Of a DNA stretch of 64,000 bases, positions 1-13,229 are shown in pieces. The position numbers were made by a program, and so were the translations under genes. Location: contig JAMWBK010000001.1 in the NCBI GenBank assembly GCA_029953675.1, positions 2,170,001 through 2,234,000 on the forward strand, read 5' to 3'. The DNA is from Rhodosorus marinus CCMP1338. Lineage: Eukaryota > Plantae > Rhodophyta. The notes beneath the pieces are model-generated. The model did not search any database and was not told where the DNA came from. It saw only the letters and a list, made by a program, of their open reading frames with translations. Numbering within the stretch: position 1 is the stretch's first letter; each line of letters opens with the position of its first letter.

Positions 1-490
1 GGCAACCGTCGCCGTGGCTGTGGTCGATGCACTAAGCAGCTCATGGCGACTGAAATTCATAGGATCAATGACGGACGGAGCTGCCAACGCTTCTAAGTCA
101 CTTCAGAGTCTACACTTGTGTTCCTCGATTCAACAGGTTAGTTTCCCTTCTAGGGCCTGCACGTTCATTGTCTCCGTCAACGCGTTTCAGGGCCATGTGT
201 TGGGATGGCAACTGCATCAGCAACTCTGACACAGTCTTCATGGTGGTAGGAGTCGCTTCGATTGTGCACGTTTGCTGACACCACTCCTCGAAGTGACGCC
301 CGTTGTTTTGGATTCTCGGCTGGGCTCGGTGTCTGTTGAACTTAGTCGTCTCTAGCGCCTTGGTGAGTATATCCGCAACTTGCTCCTGGGTCGGGATGAA
401 TAGGTACTAGTAGCTTCCCAGGTCGTGTTGTTGTCGCGCATATTGGTACTTCAGGTCGATGTGCTTCGGTAGTGGTTTTTCCGGGTCTCT
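1..490 (-). mobile_element. 3' end of a Ty1/Copia LTR retrotransposon: RNase H tail, PPT (281-289), start of 3' LTR (280 running off the window start)
   Basis: The minus strand at about 470-340 reads KHIDLKYQYARQQHDLG...PTQEQVADILTKAL (Copia RNase H end). It is followed by purine tract GAGGAGTGG and then TGTCAG. Confidence 0.75.
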
Positions 491-599
491 ATGGTTCAGA
501 ACAATCATGGAAAATATTGCACGAGAAGCTGAGGAAATCTACAACACCATGGTTAAAAGCAACAGCTGCAGACCCGTGTGTGTTCGTTAGAGGAACACG

Positions 600-945
600 T
601 CTACCTACTCGTATACGTCGACGACTTCTTAATCATCGGAAGACAGCGGGTGGCAGAATCCAAGGAGCAGCTACATACTATGCATCAAGCGGGGCAGAGT
701 ACATCGCGCTGACACACGGACTTCAGAAAGTACAGTGGGTGAAGAACCTACTAGCAGCGATTGTCGTACCGGCATTACCTACCAAGGCCTTCTCAGACAA
801 CACTGCCTGTCTCACTTGGTATAGACCCGGAAAAAAACTACCGAAACATATCGACTGCATTATCAATACGCGCGACAATACAACGACCTGGAAATCTACG
901 ATTTCCTATTCATCCCAACCAGAATTGATGCCAGAGCTGACCTAG
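600..945 (+). pseudogene. Degenerate Ty1/Copia RNase H fragment
   Basis: ORF 472..945 contains SSGAEYIALTHGLQKVQWVKNLL...SDNTACL...KHID, the Copia RNase H (STxEAEY..DN..KHID) motif series, and is frameshifted afterwards. Confidence 0.7.
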
Positions 946-2019
946 TTTCGCCCAATACACAGTTTATCGGGCCCAAGCGAAATTTGGAACTGGATGAGTT
1001 AATAGTTCGCGATACCATCTATTAAACCAGCCTGTTGATAGTACTGCTAACCTATCCGTCAATGTTTCATATACGCGGTACCTTTTATTAAACGAGCCCG
1101 CTGATCTGGTTACTAACTTATCCACTCCTCAGTAGAGAGTCAAAGATTATCTCTCGAAAAAGTCCCCAAGTGTAATACCCCAAACTTCCGATCAGTGTCA
1201 GCTACATCATTTAGCGGGAGTGAGAAGGGGGGGGGAGAAGACCCTCCAAACTCCACGACTGAGACAAGAACAAAGGCAGAACTTTGCTAGACAAAAGTGT
1301 TCTTCAAGCCTCAAAATTTGTCGATCAGAGGGATTATATATCAATGCCATGGTTGAAGGAAGAAGGTACCTAGTAGAACAGTTCAAACCCGAGTTCACCG
1401 GCTAGATGTTTTCTGCTGGAGAGATGTTTTAAGGATTTGCAAGGGGGGAGAAGAGGAGCAATCTCTGCGATCGATGCGATCAATACGACCCTGGTAGCTT
1501 TAGGGAGCTTCGAGAGGGGAGCGGGAAGGGGCTTTTTCAGACTTCGCTGAGGAGATCGATTCTTTCAAACAATCCGCAGATCAGTGCTCAAAAAACTTAT
1601 CGGAGAGAACGAAAAAGCAAACTTTACTAAACCCAACTTTCGTCGTCCTGGAGACCTTCTTCGTCCGCAGGAGACAAGATTTTGTGCTCTGACTAGGAGG
1701 AAGTTTCAGTAGGCACTAGGCTATTCTTTCACCAGCGATCTCCTTCGCTCTTTCGTCATCCCAATCTGAGGTCTCTTCTTCTCCTTCATCTTAGTAGTTC
1801 GCTTTCATCTCGATCGATCAGTTAGTGCTTGGCGAAGGGTGATAAGACGATCTGCGAGCTCTCCCCTTGGCTATCGGTAATAGACTCTTGCAGAAGCAGA
1901 CGAGGAAGAGGTGTGGCGTGAGCTGGCGTTAAGTCATCGGATCATCGAAGAGGAATAAGTGAAAGCCTACAGGGCTCTTCAAGGTAGACAGGGGACAAGT
2001 CTCGTGGTGAGAGGGTTAG

Positions 2020-3996
2020 ATGTGCGAGGGTGAGAGCTTCGTAATGATGGGCGATCGATGGAGAATTGAGGGAGGATCAGAGCTTGTTTGGGATGTTGAG
2101 GTTGGCGAGGCTCATGAGGACCATATGGAGATGAGTGGTGAGCGCGTTTCCGCGATCGTTAGGTATGGAGTGTCTGAGGAAGGGGAGCTGAGTCTGTCTA
2201 GGCACGTTGTTTGGCCTTCGCTGAGGACGATCCCAAACGATACTCACGGAAGTCTCTCGTTCGTGTTCACTGGACCGGGTCCTGGCCTGGCTACAGGGGA
2301 GAAGGATGTGGTTCAGCAGTTTCGACTGCGTGGGATCATCTACGTAGAGTCGATCTGCGGGTCCCTCAAGACCTCACGATGGCTCTTTCCGTCCATCGAC
2401 AAGCCGATCTACTTCGAGCTGGCGATCATAGAGAACACAGGGAACGTATCTCTGCCGATCAAGACGCTCGTTCCTTCAGAAGGCACCGTCACACCCGCGC
2501 TGAAGGGCCTCGACGGTAGCTACGTCATTGATGCCTTGCCCATAGCCACGAACAAGGTCGATCTGCCTCCAGGCGATCATGCTCTCCACGCCATAGCCTA
2601 TAGAGCAAGGCGCAGCAATGAAATGGAGGAGTACTTAGATTCAGACGAACTCATGGCTGAGCTAGACCGAAGAAGGGCGCTTGTCAGCAACAGCCTGGAA
2701 GGTTCGATGCAGTTTGATTGCCCTGTGGATGACGTCCTGCCTGTACTGTTTAGGTTTTCACAGTTGAGGGCGACAGAGAGCGTGTTCAGGACCAGAAACG
2801 GACTGATGCACTCTCCCGGAGGTGGTGCTTACTACGCAGCTGTGTGGGCCAACGATCAGGCTGAGTACGCGGCCCCGATGTTTGCCCTTCTGGAGGGTTC
2901 CAATGCGTACGAAGCTACGGTGAACATGTTCAGAATGTACAAAAAGTTTATGAACAACACCGACCAACATCTGCCGTCTTCTATCATCGCGGAGGGCACC
3001 GACCACTTCAGCGCGAACGGGGACCGCGGGGATGGCTCGATGGTGGCCTACGCTCTTGGCCGGTTTCTGCTTCTCTCAGGCGATGAAAAGCTCGCGGAGG
3101 AGCTCCTCCCACTGCTAGAATGGTGTCTGGAGTTCTGCAATCGACACCTCAACCCTCAGGGCGTTGTGACATCGAACAGCGACGAGCTGGAAGGAAGATT
3201 TCCGACTGGGACTGCCAATCTCTACACGTCAGCGCTCACCTACGACGCCCTCGTCTCCGCAAAGATGCTATGCGATGAGCTGGGAAAGGCTTCCTCGTCA
3301 ATCTACCAGAAGAGGTCGGAGATTCTGAAGAAGAATATCGAATCCTACTTCGGCGCTCAGGTGGAAGGTTTCGATACCTATCGCTACTTTGATGGGTGCA
3401 CGGTACTGCGTTCCTGGATCTGTATACCTCTCACCATGGGAATCTTCGAGCGAGCCAGTGGCACCATCGACGCCCTGTTCTCCAAGCAGCTGTGGACAGC
3501 TGATGGACTGAGGACAACCTCCGGCAATCCGACGTTTTGGGACAGGGCAACGCTCAAGTGCCTGCGCGGTGTCTACGCTTCAGGCGAAGTAGAGAGAGCA
3601 CATAAGCATTTTCTGGCGTACTCACGGCGGAGACTGCTAGGAAATCACGTCCCGTACCCCGTTGAAGCCTACCCGGAGGGCAACGAGAGGCACCTGTCAG
3701 CGGAAAGCGCACTGTACTGCAGGGTTGTGATCGAGGGCTTATTCGGACTCCGTCCAACTGGATTCCGAAAGCTCACATGCACGCCTCGGCTTCCCCCCCA
3801 CTGGAACAGTATGTCTTTGCGAGGTCTACACGCGTGCGCGACGACTTTCGACTTGACAGTCAACCGAGACGAATCATCCAGGGAGGTTACCGTGCAAGTA
3901 ACTCAAAGAACTGGAGACAAGGACGACGAACCATTATCTACAAAAGTCTACAAACTCGAGCCCATGGAGGAGTCTTTCTCCATTACCTTAACTTAA
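2020..3996 (+). CDS. Intronless 658-aa putative six-hairpin (alpha/alpha)6 glycoside hydrolase of uncharacterised bacterial-type family
   Basis: Long clean ORF with motifs EMSG..VSAIVRYGV, VWPSLRTIPNDTH, YYAAVWANDQAEY, DRGD, SDELEGRF, WICIPL, TFWDR, HVPYPVEAYPEG, AESALYCR, and a C-terminal beta tail (PRLPPHWNSMSLRGLH). From memory it resembles Bacteroidetes six-hairpin glycosidases; not searched. Confidence 0.65.
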   Translation: MCEGESFVMMGDRWRIEGGSELVWDVEVGEAHEDHMEMSGERVSAIVRYGVSEEGELSLSRHVVWPSLRTIPNDTHGSLSFVFTGPGPGLATGEKDVVQQFRLRGIIYVESICGSLKTSRWLFPSIDKPIYFELAIIENTGNVSLPIKTLVPSEGTVTPALKGLDGSYVIDALPIATNKVDLPPGDHALHAIAYRARRSNEMEEYLDSDELMAELDRRRALVSNSLEGSMQFDCPVDDVLPVLFRFSQLRATESVFRTRNGLMHSPGGGAYYAAVWANDQAEYAAPMFALLEGSNAYEATVNMFRMYKKFMNNTDQHLPSSIIAEGTDHFSANGDRGDGSMVAYALGRFLLLSGDEKLAEELLPLLEWCLEFCNRHLNPQGVVTSNSDELEGRFPTGTANLYTSALTYDALVSAKMLCDELGKASSSIYQKRSEILKKNIESYFGAQVEGFDTYRYFDGCTVLRSWICIPLTMGIFERASGTIDALFSKQLWTADGLRTTSGNPTFWDRATLKCLRGVYASGEVERAHKHFLAYSRRRLLGNHVPYPVEAYPEGNERHLSAESALYCRVVIEGLFGLRPTGFRKLTCTPRLPPHWNSMSLRGLHACATTFDLTVNRDESSREVTVQVTQRTGDKDDEPLSTKVYKLEPMEESFSITLT

Positions 3997-4307
3997 CCAA
4001 CAAACAATGAATAACGTTTTAATCCACTAAGCGAAAGACCCGAAAGTGAGAGTCAGCTGAGGCCGATTACGCGATTAGCAACTCATTCCGATCTGTAACA
4101 CAGCGCTCTAGAGTTCTCATGGGTGTCCTAGCTGGATTGATTCACCGACTAGAACCCCTTTGAAAGACTAGGCCCTCACCCTCGGCGAGCCGATGAGCAC
4201 GCTCATCGTGGAACTGAGCCAAACAGTTCTCTCGCTGGGCTACTCTGCAACTCAACCGCCGCAGCTCCACGCTGTTTGTGGGTTCCGTGCTTGTTAAAAC
4301 GGATGCC

Positions 4308-6141
<1,834 letters not shown>

Positions 6142-8462
6142 TTTATTTCTTTCTAGATGCCCTCTTAATATGCAAAGCGATCGCTTGTACTAGCAGCAGC
6201 ATCCAACCACCTCAGCGGTCGTTGCAACTTCTCCAGATCACTCACCTTCGCTGCTGAAGTATTGAGTACTGAGCTCCGATTGAGATGTCGGGCAATAAAA
6301 AACAGTTGAAAGGGGTGGAAATGAGGATCGCCAAGATCGACACGGAGAGCTGTAGAGTTGGAATTGCTTGAGGGCTGGGTGTCGACTGCAGCCAAGCAGT
6401 ATGATCTAGGAACGTTATGACTGCATTGATCATCAACTACCCTAGGGAGTGTTTGCACACTCTAACCTTATCGTTTGTTCTGCTGGTTGTCTTCTAAAGC
6501 ACATGCTTTTCGGAGACTGGAATCAGAAAGCTGAGCGAGATTGTTAAGGAATCGACCTCTTTTGAACCAGCAGTTCGCGTTAAGTTGATGCAACGAGAAG
6601 ATCTAGTCGCGTTGGGGGGAGAGGGTTGGGAGGGCTCAGATAGAGCTCAGATAGAGCCTCTCCATCCTCTTCATCTTCCAAAAAAGGGAGAAGGGACTCT
6701 GATACTAGTGCCTGTCAAAAATCAGTTCGCTCCAAGCTTAGACATCCCCCTCCCAATCCAGAAACCCTCCTCACAAACCCAGCTTTAGGTCCCAACCACA
6801 CCAGTTCGAACGCGAGATCTACAAACCTGTCTACATTTTACTAAAATACATCTTCCTCTAGACAAGATCACGGCCAATCCTGTCCAGCGTAGTTTTTACG
6901 TAAAATCATGTTTGATGACGACGACAGGTTTTCGTTGTTTTGATAAAAATTAGACCAAGGGGCCAATCTAGAATATTTAAAATATTCAGATGCCCTTTCC
7001 CAGGCCCTTTCTGCTCGTGTCCATAGCAATATTTAATATTATGTACGAAGCGTACTAGCCTTCTGAACCCGTCAAAATGACTGAGGGTGAGTATATTGAT
7101 AGCAACCCCATCTTACCCACTAGTATGAAGAAGGACCCCATCCGTCTAACTGCTCCTACCACAGCAATGGCCTTCCCTCCACTCCCTCCCCCTTCCCAAT
7201 GGGTAGTCATTAGATCTGTACTTGTTTCTTCCCCCCTCCCCTAAAATCTGACAGCACGTGAAATCCAGCAACGGAAGTATTTCGAAAGAAATAGTGGCTA
7301 ATATGGGTTTTCGAAATCAAAAACACCTACCCTATAAGTAAAGTCATGAGCCGCGGAAAAACAAGTTTTGACCAGGGGTAGCATATGGCGAATCTTTTCT
7401 TCTTTTTTTTTGCCTAGTACGATCCTTGCGAAAAAAAACCCAGCGATAGTTTCCTTTTATTGTAATGATTTTTAATATGTGGACCTTCATACCCTTTATC
7501 ATTGGTCTAATCCATTCTTCCGGAACCAATCATCACTAGTATCCAAGAGATACAGTGCTTATAGCGACCAAAAGTTTTAACAAAAACAGTTCATCGAAAC
7601 GTGGAACTCCAACAATATTTAACAAAAATAAATTAAAACAAAAACAATACTCATAAATATTTCACAAATACATTGCTCGAGCAAAAACGCTAATAATATA
7701 ATTTCCATTTAAATTATTTTCCCGTATACCAAACACCTGGACTTATATATTAGCGTTTTTCAAGAACACGAAATCGGATCCCTCGAATTATCTTTAACAA
7801 CAACGATTCTCCAAAGTGAACACACAGTTCCCTTTTCAATTCAACAAATCCTCCCCCCGGGTATTGCAAGTCACCAGGTATCCCTAATAATCATCTTATA
7901 GTAATTTATTTGAAGTATCAGCGAATGGTCCATTTACCAGTTAGCCCCTAGGTTAGAGTCATACAAACGAGAGACACCAGCACTTCAAAAATTCTTTAAG
8001 CGTCACTAACGGGTAGTGACGCTACATCTTCCCAGTATCTGTATATATAATTAATAAAAAAATAGTGTATATACAGTATAGATTGAATATACAATCAATA
8101 TTGTGATGAAGAGTATAGCGCGTTGCTACTAATTTTTCTTCTTTTCCATATGCAATCAGATATCGACTGTGGACTCTTCGGATTGTTAGGAGAAGATTTT
8201 TTTGGTTGAGAGGGATTTCTGGTGTTGGCCGTTATGGTTTGATGTAATACATAAGGGACTTTGGGAGGGTGTGAGGGGGGGGATGAGTGGGATAGGGAGG
8301 GATTTAGTGGAGGAGGTGTGTGTGTTTGTGTGTGTGTGTGTGTGTGAATGTGAAGGAGGATTGTTGGAATCTAGACCTGGGTGAAGGGGTTATAGATATC
8401 TATCTAGTCAAATTTTTTATAATCTTTTTCGGATAGTTTTTTTACTTTTTGTTTGCTCCACA

Positions 8463-9221
8463 ATGCACGGGTTGAAGGTCGTAGGGAGGCAGATGGAGGA
8501 GGGAATTGGGATGAAAGGTGGGAAGAATTCTGCGCTTTTCAATCAGGAGCTTTTGGAGAAGAAGAAGATGATTGAGACCAATTGGAAGAACTTGGGTGCG
8601 CTGGGAAAGCATTTCGATGAGGTGCTCAAGTCGTATGCCACGCTCGGCAAGAGAATCGATGCCGCCAGGCCGGTTATGGAGGAGGCCGCCAGTCCGTTCA
8701 GATCCGATGTCTACAGGGATACCTTGGGCGCGCTCAATGGAGTCGGTGCTACCTTGGAGAATATTGAACCCGCTGAGGTTACCAAGGCCCGTCAAACCCT
8801 GAAGATCTATGCAAAGGAGATGGAAACCAGCACAGTTGCGGAGTGGAAAATGTATGAAAAGGCGAGGATCGAGTACGACATGCGCATGGATCAAATGAAA
8901 AAGAACATCAAGGATCAGGATAAAATCGACACACGGGAACGCAAGATGGAAGACGCCGAGGAGATGTACAACATGAGGAAGGAGTCGATCACCAAGAAGT
9001 ATGATCTTCTCATCGCGACGCTACCGAAGATCTGGGAGATCGGCACTCTGGCTCTTGCCCAAACGCACATCGCAATGACGACTGCGTTCGGAGGCAAGGG
9101 TGCGGAGCTTGCTAAACTCGCGGCGGAGAACCGTGAGAAGCTGTTGACGGATCTGACGTCTCTGAATCTTGGAAACAAGTCAAAGATTGCTGCTGGTGAA
9201 GCGAAGCCCATCGAGGAATGA
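8463..9221 (+). CDS. Intronless 252-aa all-helical coiled-coil protein, BAR/arfaptin-like
   Basis: Clean ORF after a G-rich leader. Amphipathic helical composition with a YEKARIEYD..M.K.K motif typical of the third BAR helix. Confidence 0.5.
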   Translation: MHGLKVVGRQMEEGIGMKGGKNSALFNQELLEKKKMIETNWKNLGALGKHFDEVLKSYATLGKRIDAARPVMEEAASPFRSDVYRDTLGALNGVGATLENIEPAEVTKARQTLKIYAKEMETSTVAEWKMYEKARIEYDMRMDQMKKNIKDQDKIDTRERKMEDAEEMYNMRKESITKKYDLLIATLPKIWEIGTLALAQTHIAMTTAFGGKGAELAKLAAENREKLLTDLTSLNLGNKSKIAAGEAKPIEE

Positions 9222-9927
9222 GTTTTTGAGTTTTTTCGGAGAAACAAGATTGCCGAACTCTACGAATGCCCCGCACTGTTTCCTGCAGTTGTCCAGTTCA
9301 GTTGATTGCTATTTTCGAGCATAGCATGGAAACTTGGTTGAAGCAGCGCTAATAAAGACACAAAGTTTTGAACTCGTTTTACTCTCGACCGCCTAATCCG
9401 CGACAGAAAGATGGGAGAGCAGTCCCCGAATTGCTCCGCGGATGAAGGAATCCAGCTCCTCGCAAACTCTTCGATGACAATTATCGTGCGCTCCCTTCCG
9501 AGCTTCGAAAGCTGTGCACTACGCGAACTGCGGAAAGACCGCGCCCCAACGCGCAAGCGAGCGTCGGGTCAGAATACAGGGTAGGAGTTGTCTCCAGAAC
9601 GGATGACGGGTAGTCCTCGGCATCCTTTCTTTTCAGATCACAGGGTCAGCAGGTACGTTTATCGCTGAAAAGCAGAGCTCGGTCGCAGTCAGCGTGCGCG
9701 TATAACAAGGGTGGAAATCGAAGTTGGCCGCGTAACATTGAGCATTTACGACGAACCGACGCACATTTTGAGCGGGCGGGTGGGCCTATAGACGCCCCAA
9801 CGCTGTCCTGCCCCAGTCGAAGCCTCGGAAGAACTCATGGGCTTTCGCGTCTGACATGTCTCCATCGTATCCTAGCCTATCTTCCGGTTGCTGTGCCTGT
9901 CAACTTTCAGAGAAGCGAGAGCAAAAA

Positions 9928-10654
9928 CTAGGTTGGCAAAGATTCAAAAGCGCTGGAAGACGAGAACGGGCTATATAGGTGGCAGCAAGAAACAGACTGC
10001 TGACGTGCCTGAAAGTATTCAGATCCCTGTGGATCCTAGTAGCATGGTATTTTGGTGCACCAGACATACCGTGATCGCATCTGCTAGTGAAAGCGCCGCT
10101 TCGTCTATGGGATAGAGATCACGAAGCACGACGCCCAGGGCGAAGAGATCCTCAGCCGCGTGCGCTGGTCTGCCAGTGAACCCTTGCAGCTCCGGTGGGA
10201 GGTTTTCGAGCGGAGGGAAAGGGTCGGCTACTACTCCGGCGGGGCAAGCAAACCCGAAATCAATTAATACAGGGTTTCCGCTCGGCTCCACAAGAATGTT
10301 GCGGGCAGCTATGTCACGGTGGACAACCCCAGATTCCCGCAGGTGCTCCAGGCAGTGTATAAGACCAGCTGCAACTCCTCGGTCAGCCCCGGGCTCTGGA
10401 TGATAGCCTCTGACGGCGTTCATGCAAACGTATATGTTTGTCGAGTCTTCATATACGAGCTGAAGTCGCACTAGATTCGGGTGCGAACCTCCAATTCTCT
10501 TCAGCGATTCAATTTCAGACAAATAGTAGCCATCAGTATGAACCTTCGAGTTCCTCCGAATGCACTTGACCGCGACATTCAGGTTTCCTAGGCGGCCTTC
10601 CACAACATGAGCCGTTGAACCTTCTCCTAAATACCTTCCGAACTCGCACCACAT
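9928..10654 (-). CDS. Compact protein kinase; ORF 10654-10019, probable 61-nt intron 10069-10009 and last exon 10008-9928
   Basis: LGEGSTAHV G-loop, VAVK, helix-C Glu (LSEIE), HPNLVRL, HRDIAARN, DFG, PPE and EDLFALG. A gtatgt...tttcag intron keeps the frame. Confidence 0.85.
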
Positions 10655-12011
10655 CGCGCTAGGAGCCTAAACCGAAGCTCAGTCAAGTACGCTCTTGAGG
10701 ACATGATTCCGGGTGCAGTAGATAATCCCGGTGACTGTGACGCCTGCGTAGACAGGCCCGCAAACAAAAGAGTCAGACTGCAGCTCTAAAAGTCAGTCTA
10801 CAAGCCTACCGCCGTTTTCTGACACCACCACTCAATACGGGCGAATGCCGGGGGAAGATTTTGAGGTCGGATCTGCAGTCATCCCCATCAGGAGATCTGT
10901 GCTGAGCACAACAAGCCGTTTAAACATGTACGACAACGAGCGATCATCAAGAACAGACAATCTCTACCCAATCTCTCGGTTTGCTATCACATGGTAAGAA
11001 CACGAGCTTGCAAAAAGCCATGAGGGCAGCGGCAAGAAAAAAACAAAAACAAAACCGAGACGGTTTCGGGATCCCAGTGAGAAATCTAGACCACTTCACA
11101 GGAATCCAAACGCTGCGGAAAAAAAAAGAGAAAAATCCAACAAACGTCCGATCGGGCGTATGGGAAACGCAACTACCCCATCCACTTCCAACGCCGACCA
11201 AATCTCCCAAAACCTGTTCCCAAACGAAACCCCGTTTTTCGGACTATCCAAAAATAAATTCCATACAAATCTACTTACCAAATTAAACACATACACGCGT
11301 CTTTTATCACATTATAATTGGTCTAATATTTCAAGAAATTTTATCATTGGCTATTTCACTATCGATTTTTCAATTCTTGTATGCCATTAAGTAACAAAGG
11401 GTGGGTAAGATCCACTCATCCTTTCCTCAAAAACTTCGAAACGATTTCATAATATAATAGATCTGAAACTACATCCCCCCCCCCCTCCTTACGATTTCTG
11501 GGTTAAAGGTTATCCCGCCCGGTGGAGGGGTTTGCTGGGAGATGGAAGTTTTTTCCTTATCGTTTAATTTTATTTTTTGATACTTGTTTAATCGCTAGGA
11601 GGCTGAAAAATGAGCTGAGAAAATTTTAATTTGTTTTAACATTTTGAAGGGAAACGGGGGTTGGATTGATTTTTTTGGGGGGTGATTTTTGTAGGTGAGA
11701 GGAAAAAAGGACGAATCGATCCCTTTCTTCTTTTTCTTGTTTTACTTTGTTTTTTATGGGTCACGGGGCGGGTGCGGAGGTGATTGATATGGTGGGGGGG
11801 GGAGATAAGGATGGAGGTGGGCGGGGGAGAGTGAAGGTGGTGAGATTGCGAAAGCGAGGAAGGCGACGTAATTTTATCTTCGGGTTGGTTTTTGTTTTTT
11901 TTGGTTTTTTGCCTGTATTCTGGTTTTTGGCATATCCTGCTCTGGTTTGAACGTTTTTGGCCAGGGGGTGGGGGGAGGGGGGGAATAGGGTATTGTTTAT
12001 TGTTATTAGAG

Positions 12012-12539
12012 ATGAGGGATTGTGGGTTTGTTTTCGTGGCTGGTGGGAGTCAGCTCGGGGGTGGGAGCTCGCGGGCAGTTTGTGAGGGGAGGAGGGATGC
12101 TCAGGTGGTGAAGCGAGCGAGAAGTAAGCTGGTTTTCTTTGCGAATGTTTTTTTGGTCGGTGCGATTGACTAAGGCCTGTTTCGTTTGGTTTCCAATATG
12201 ATAGCGATCGTGGTAAGATGTGCAGAAAAGGAGGAGACGTTCGATGAAGTTGCTGCTCGAGCTGCCGAGATTAAGGAGGTCATTGATGGATTGAAGAAGT
12301 TTAGGCAGAGAATAATTGATGATACAACGGCGTTGGCGAAGAAGATCAAAGCGCCGCAGAAGAAGCTGAAGGTACGTGAATTGTATCCTCTCCGTGTTTG
12401 GGATTTGTACTGTTCGTCAACTGACATGCACGGTATCAAATCGCAGGAGGCGTTGGCGAAGCATCCGGATATTCTGAAGATCGACTCCAGTTTAATTGAG
12501 CTAGAGAAGGAGTTGAATGAACTTGGGTATGGCCAGTAG
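12012..12539 (+). CDS. Small spliced, probably plastid-targeted helical protein of unknown function
   Basis: Transit-like MRDCGFVFVAGG..AVC..R. Introns start gtaagc (about 12124) and gtacgt (about 12372). Mature part reads EIKEVIDGLKKFRQRIIDDTTALAKKIKAPQKKLKEALAKHPDILKIDSSLIELEKEL. Confidence 0.65.
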
Positions 12540-13229
12540 GTGAGTCTGAGTTATGTACATGACGGGATAAGTAGCGTGGAATCGCAGCGTTGATCATGCT
12601 CAACTCGGAGCTATCAAGTAACGTAGATATTGAAAGGTAGAGTCGCGCCGAAAGAATGAGATCACCCATAAGCTGCTGTCTGAGCGACTGAGACTTCCGC
12701 ATAAAGTTTTGAGATCGTTGAGGACTCACAAAAGAAAAGACTACTGGCTTTCCCTGGCTGGACTTGGAGCTTGCTGCTCTGTACAATAGTTTGTTGTATT
12801 GTCATATCAAAGGCAAGAAGCAAAGGAGAACACCTAGTCTATCCCAAACCTACGGCCTTTCCAGAGGTTCACCAGATACCTTCGAACTAAGGGTGACTCA
12901 GATTTCAGAATCGCCGATAACCGGTCTGACCAAGACAAATGCCAATGGCTCAGCAAAGAGGATGAAATCCGATCCACAGGTCTGCAAAGCATCCCGTTAA
13001 CCCCCAGAAAAACCTTTCGTCGACATCGCTTCCAGGAATTTTTTTCCATCTGAGAAGAGCTTCTAGGTGTTCAGGATCTGGTCCCGTTTTCTCGCTGCCG
13101 CACACACTACTGGAAGCGAGAAAACGCGAAACTCGTACGCGTTATGCTCCCGTAGCAGCCAATACACCATCCCCAGAGCGATTCCGATCCCCGTCAAAAC
13201 TCTTCGAATGTAAATGATAATCTTGTGAA

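Noticed and set aside
7999-8023. 9-bp hairpin AGCGTCACT/AGTGACGCT as a Helitron end or terminator
   Set aside because: There is no downstream CTRR at the expected distance and no Helitron ORF, and intrinsic terminators are not relevant in a nuclear genome.
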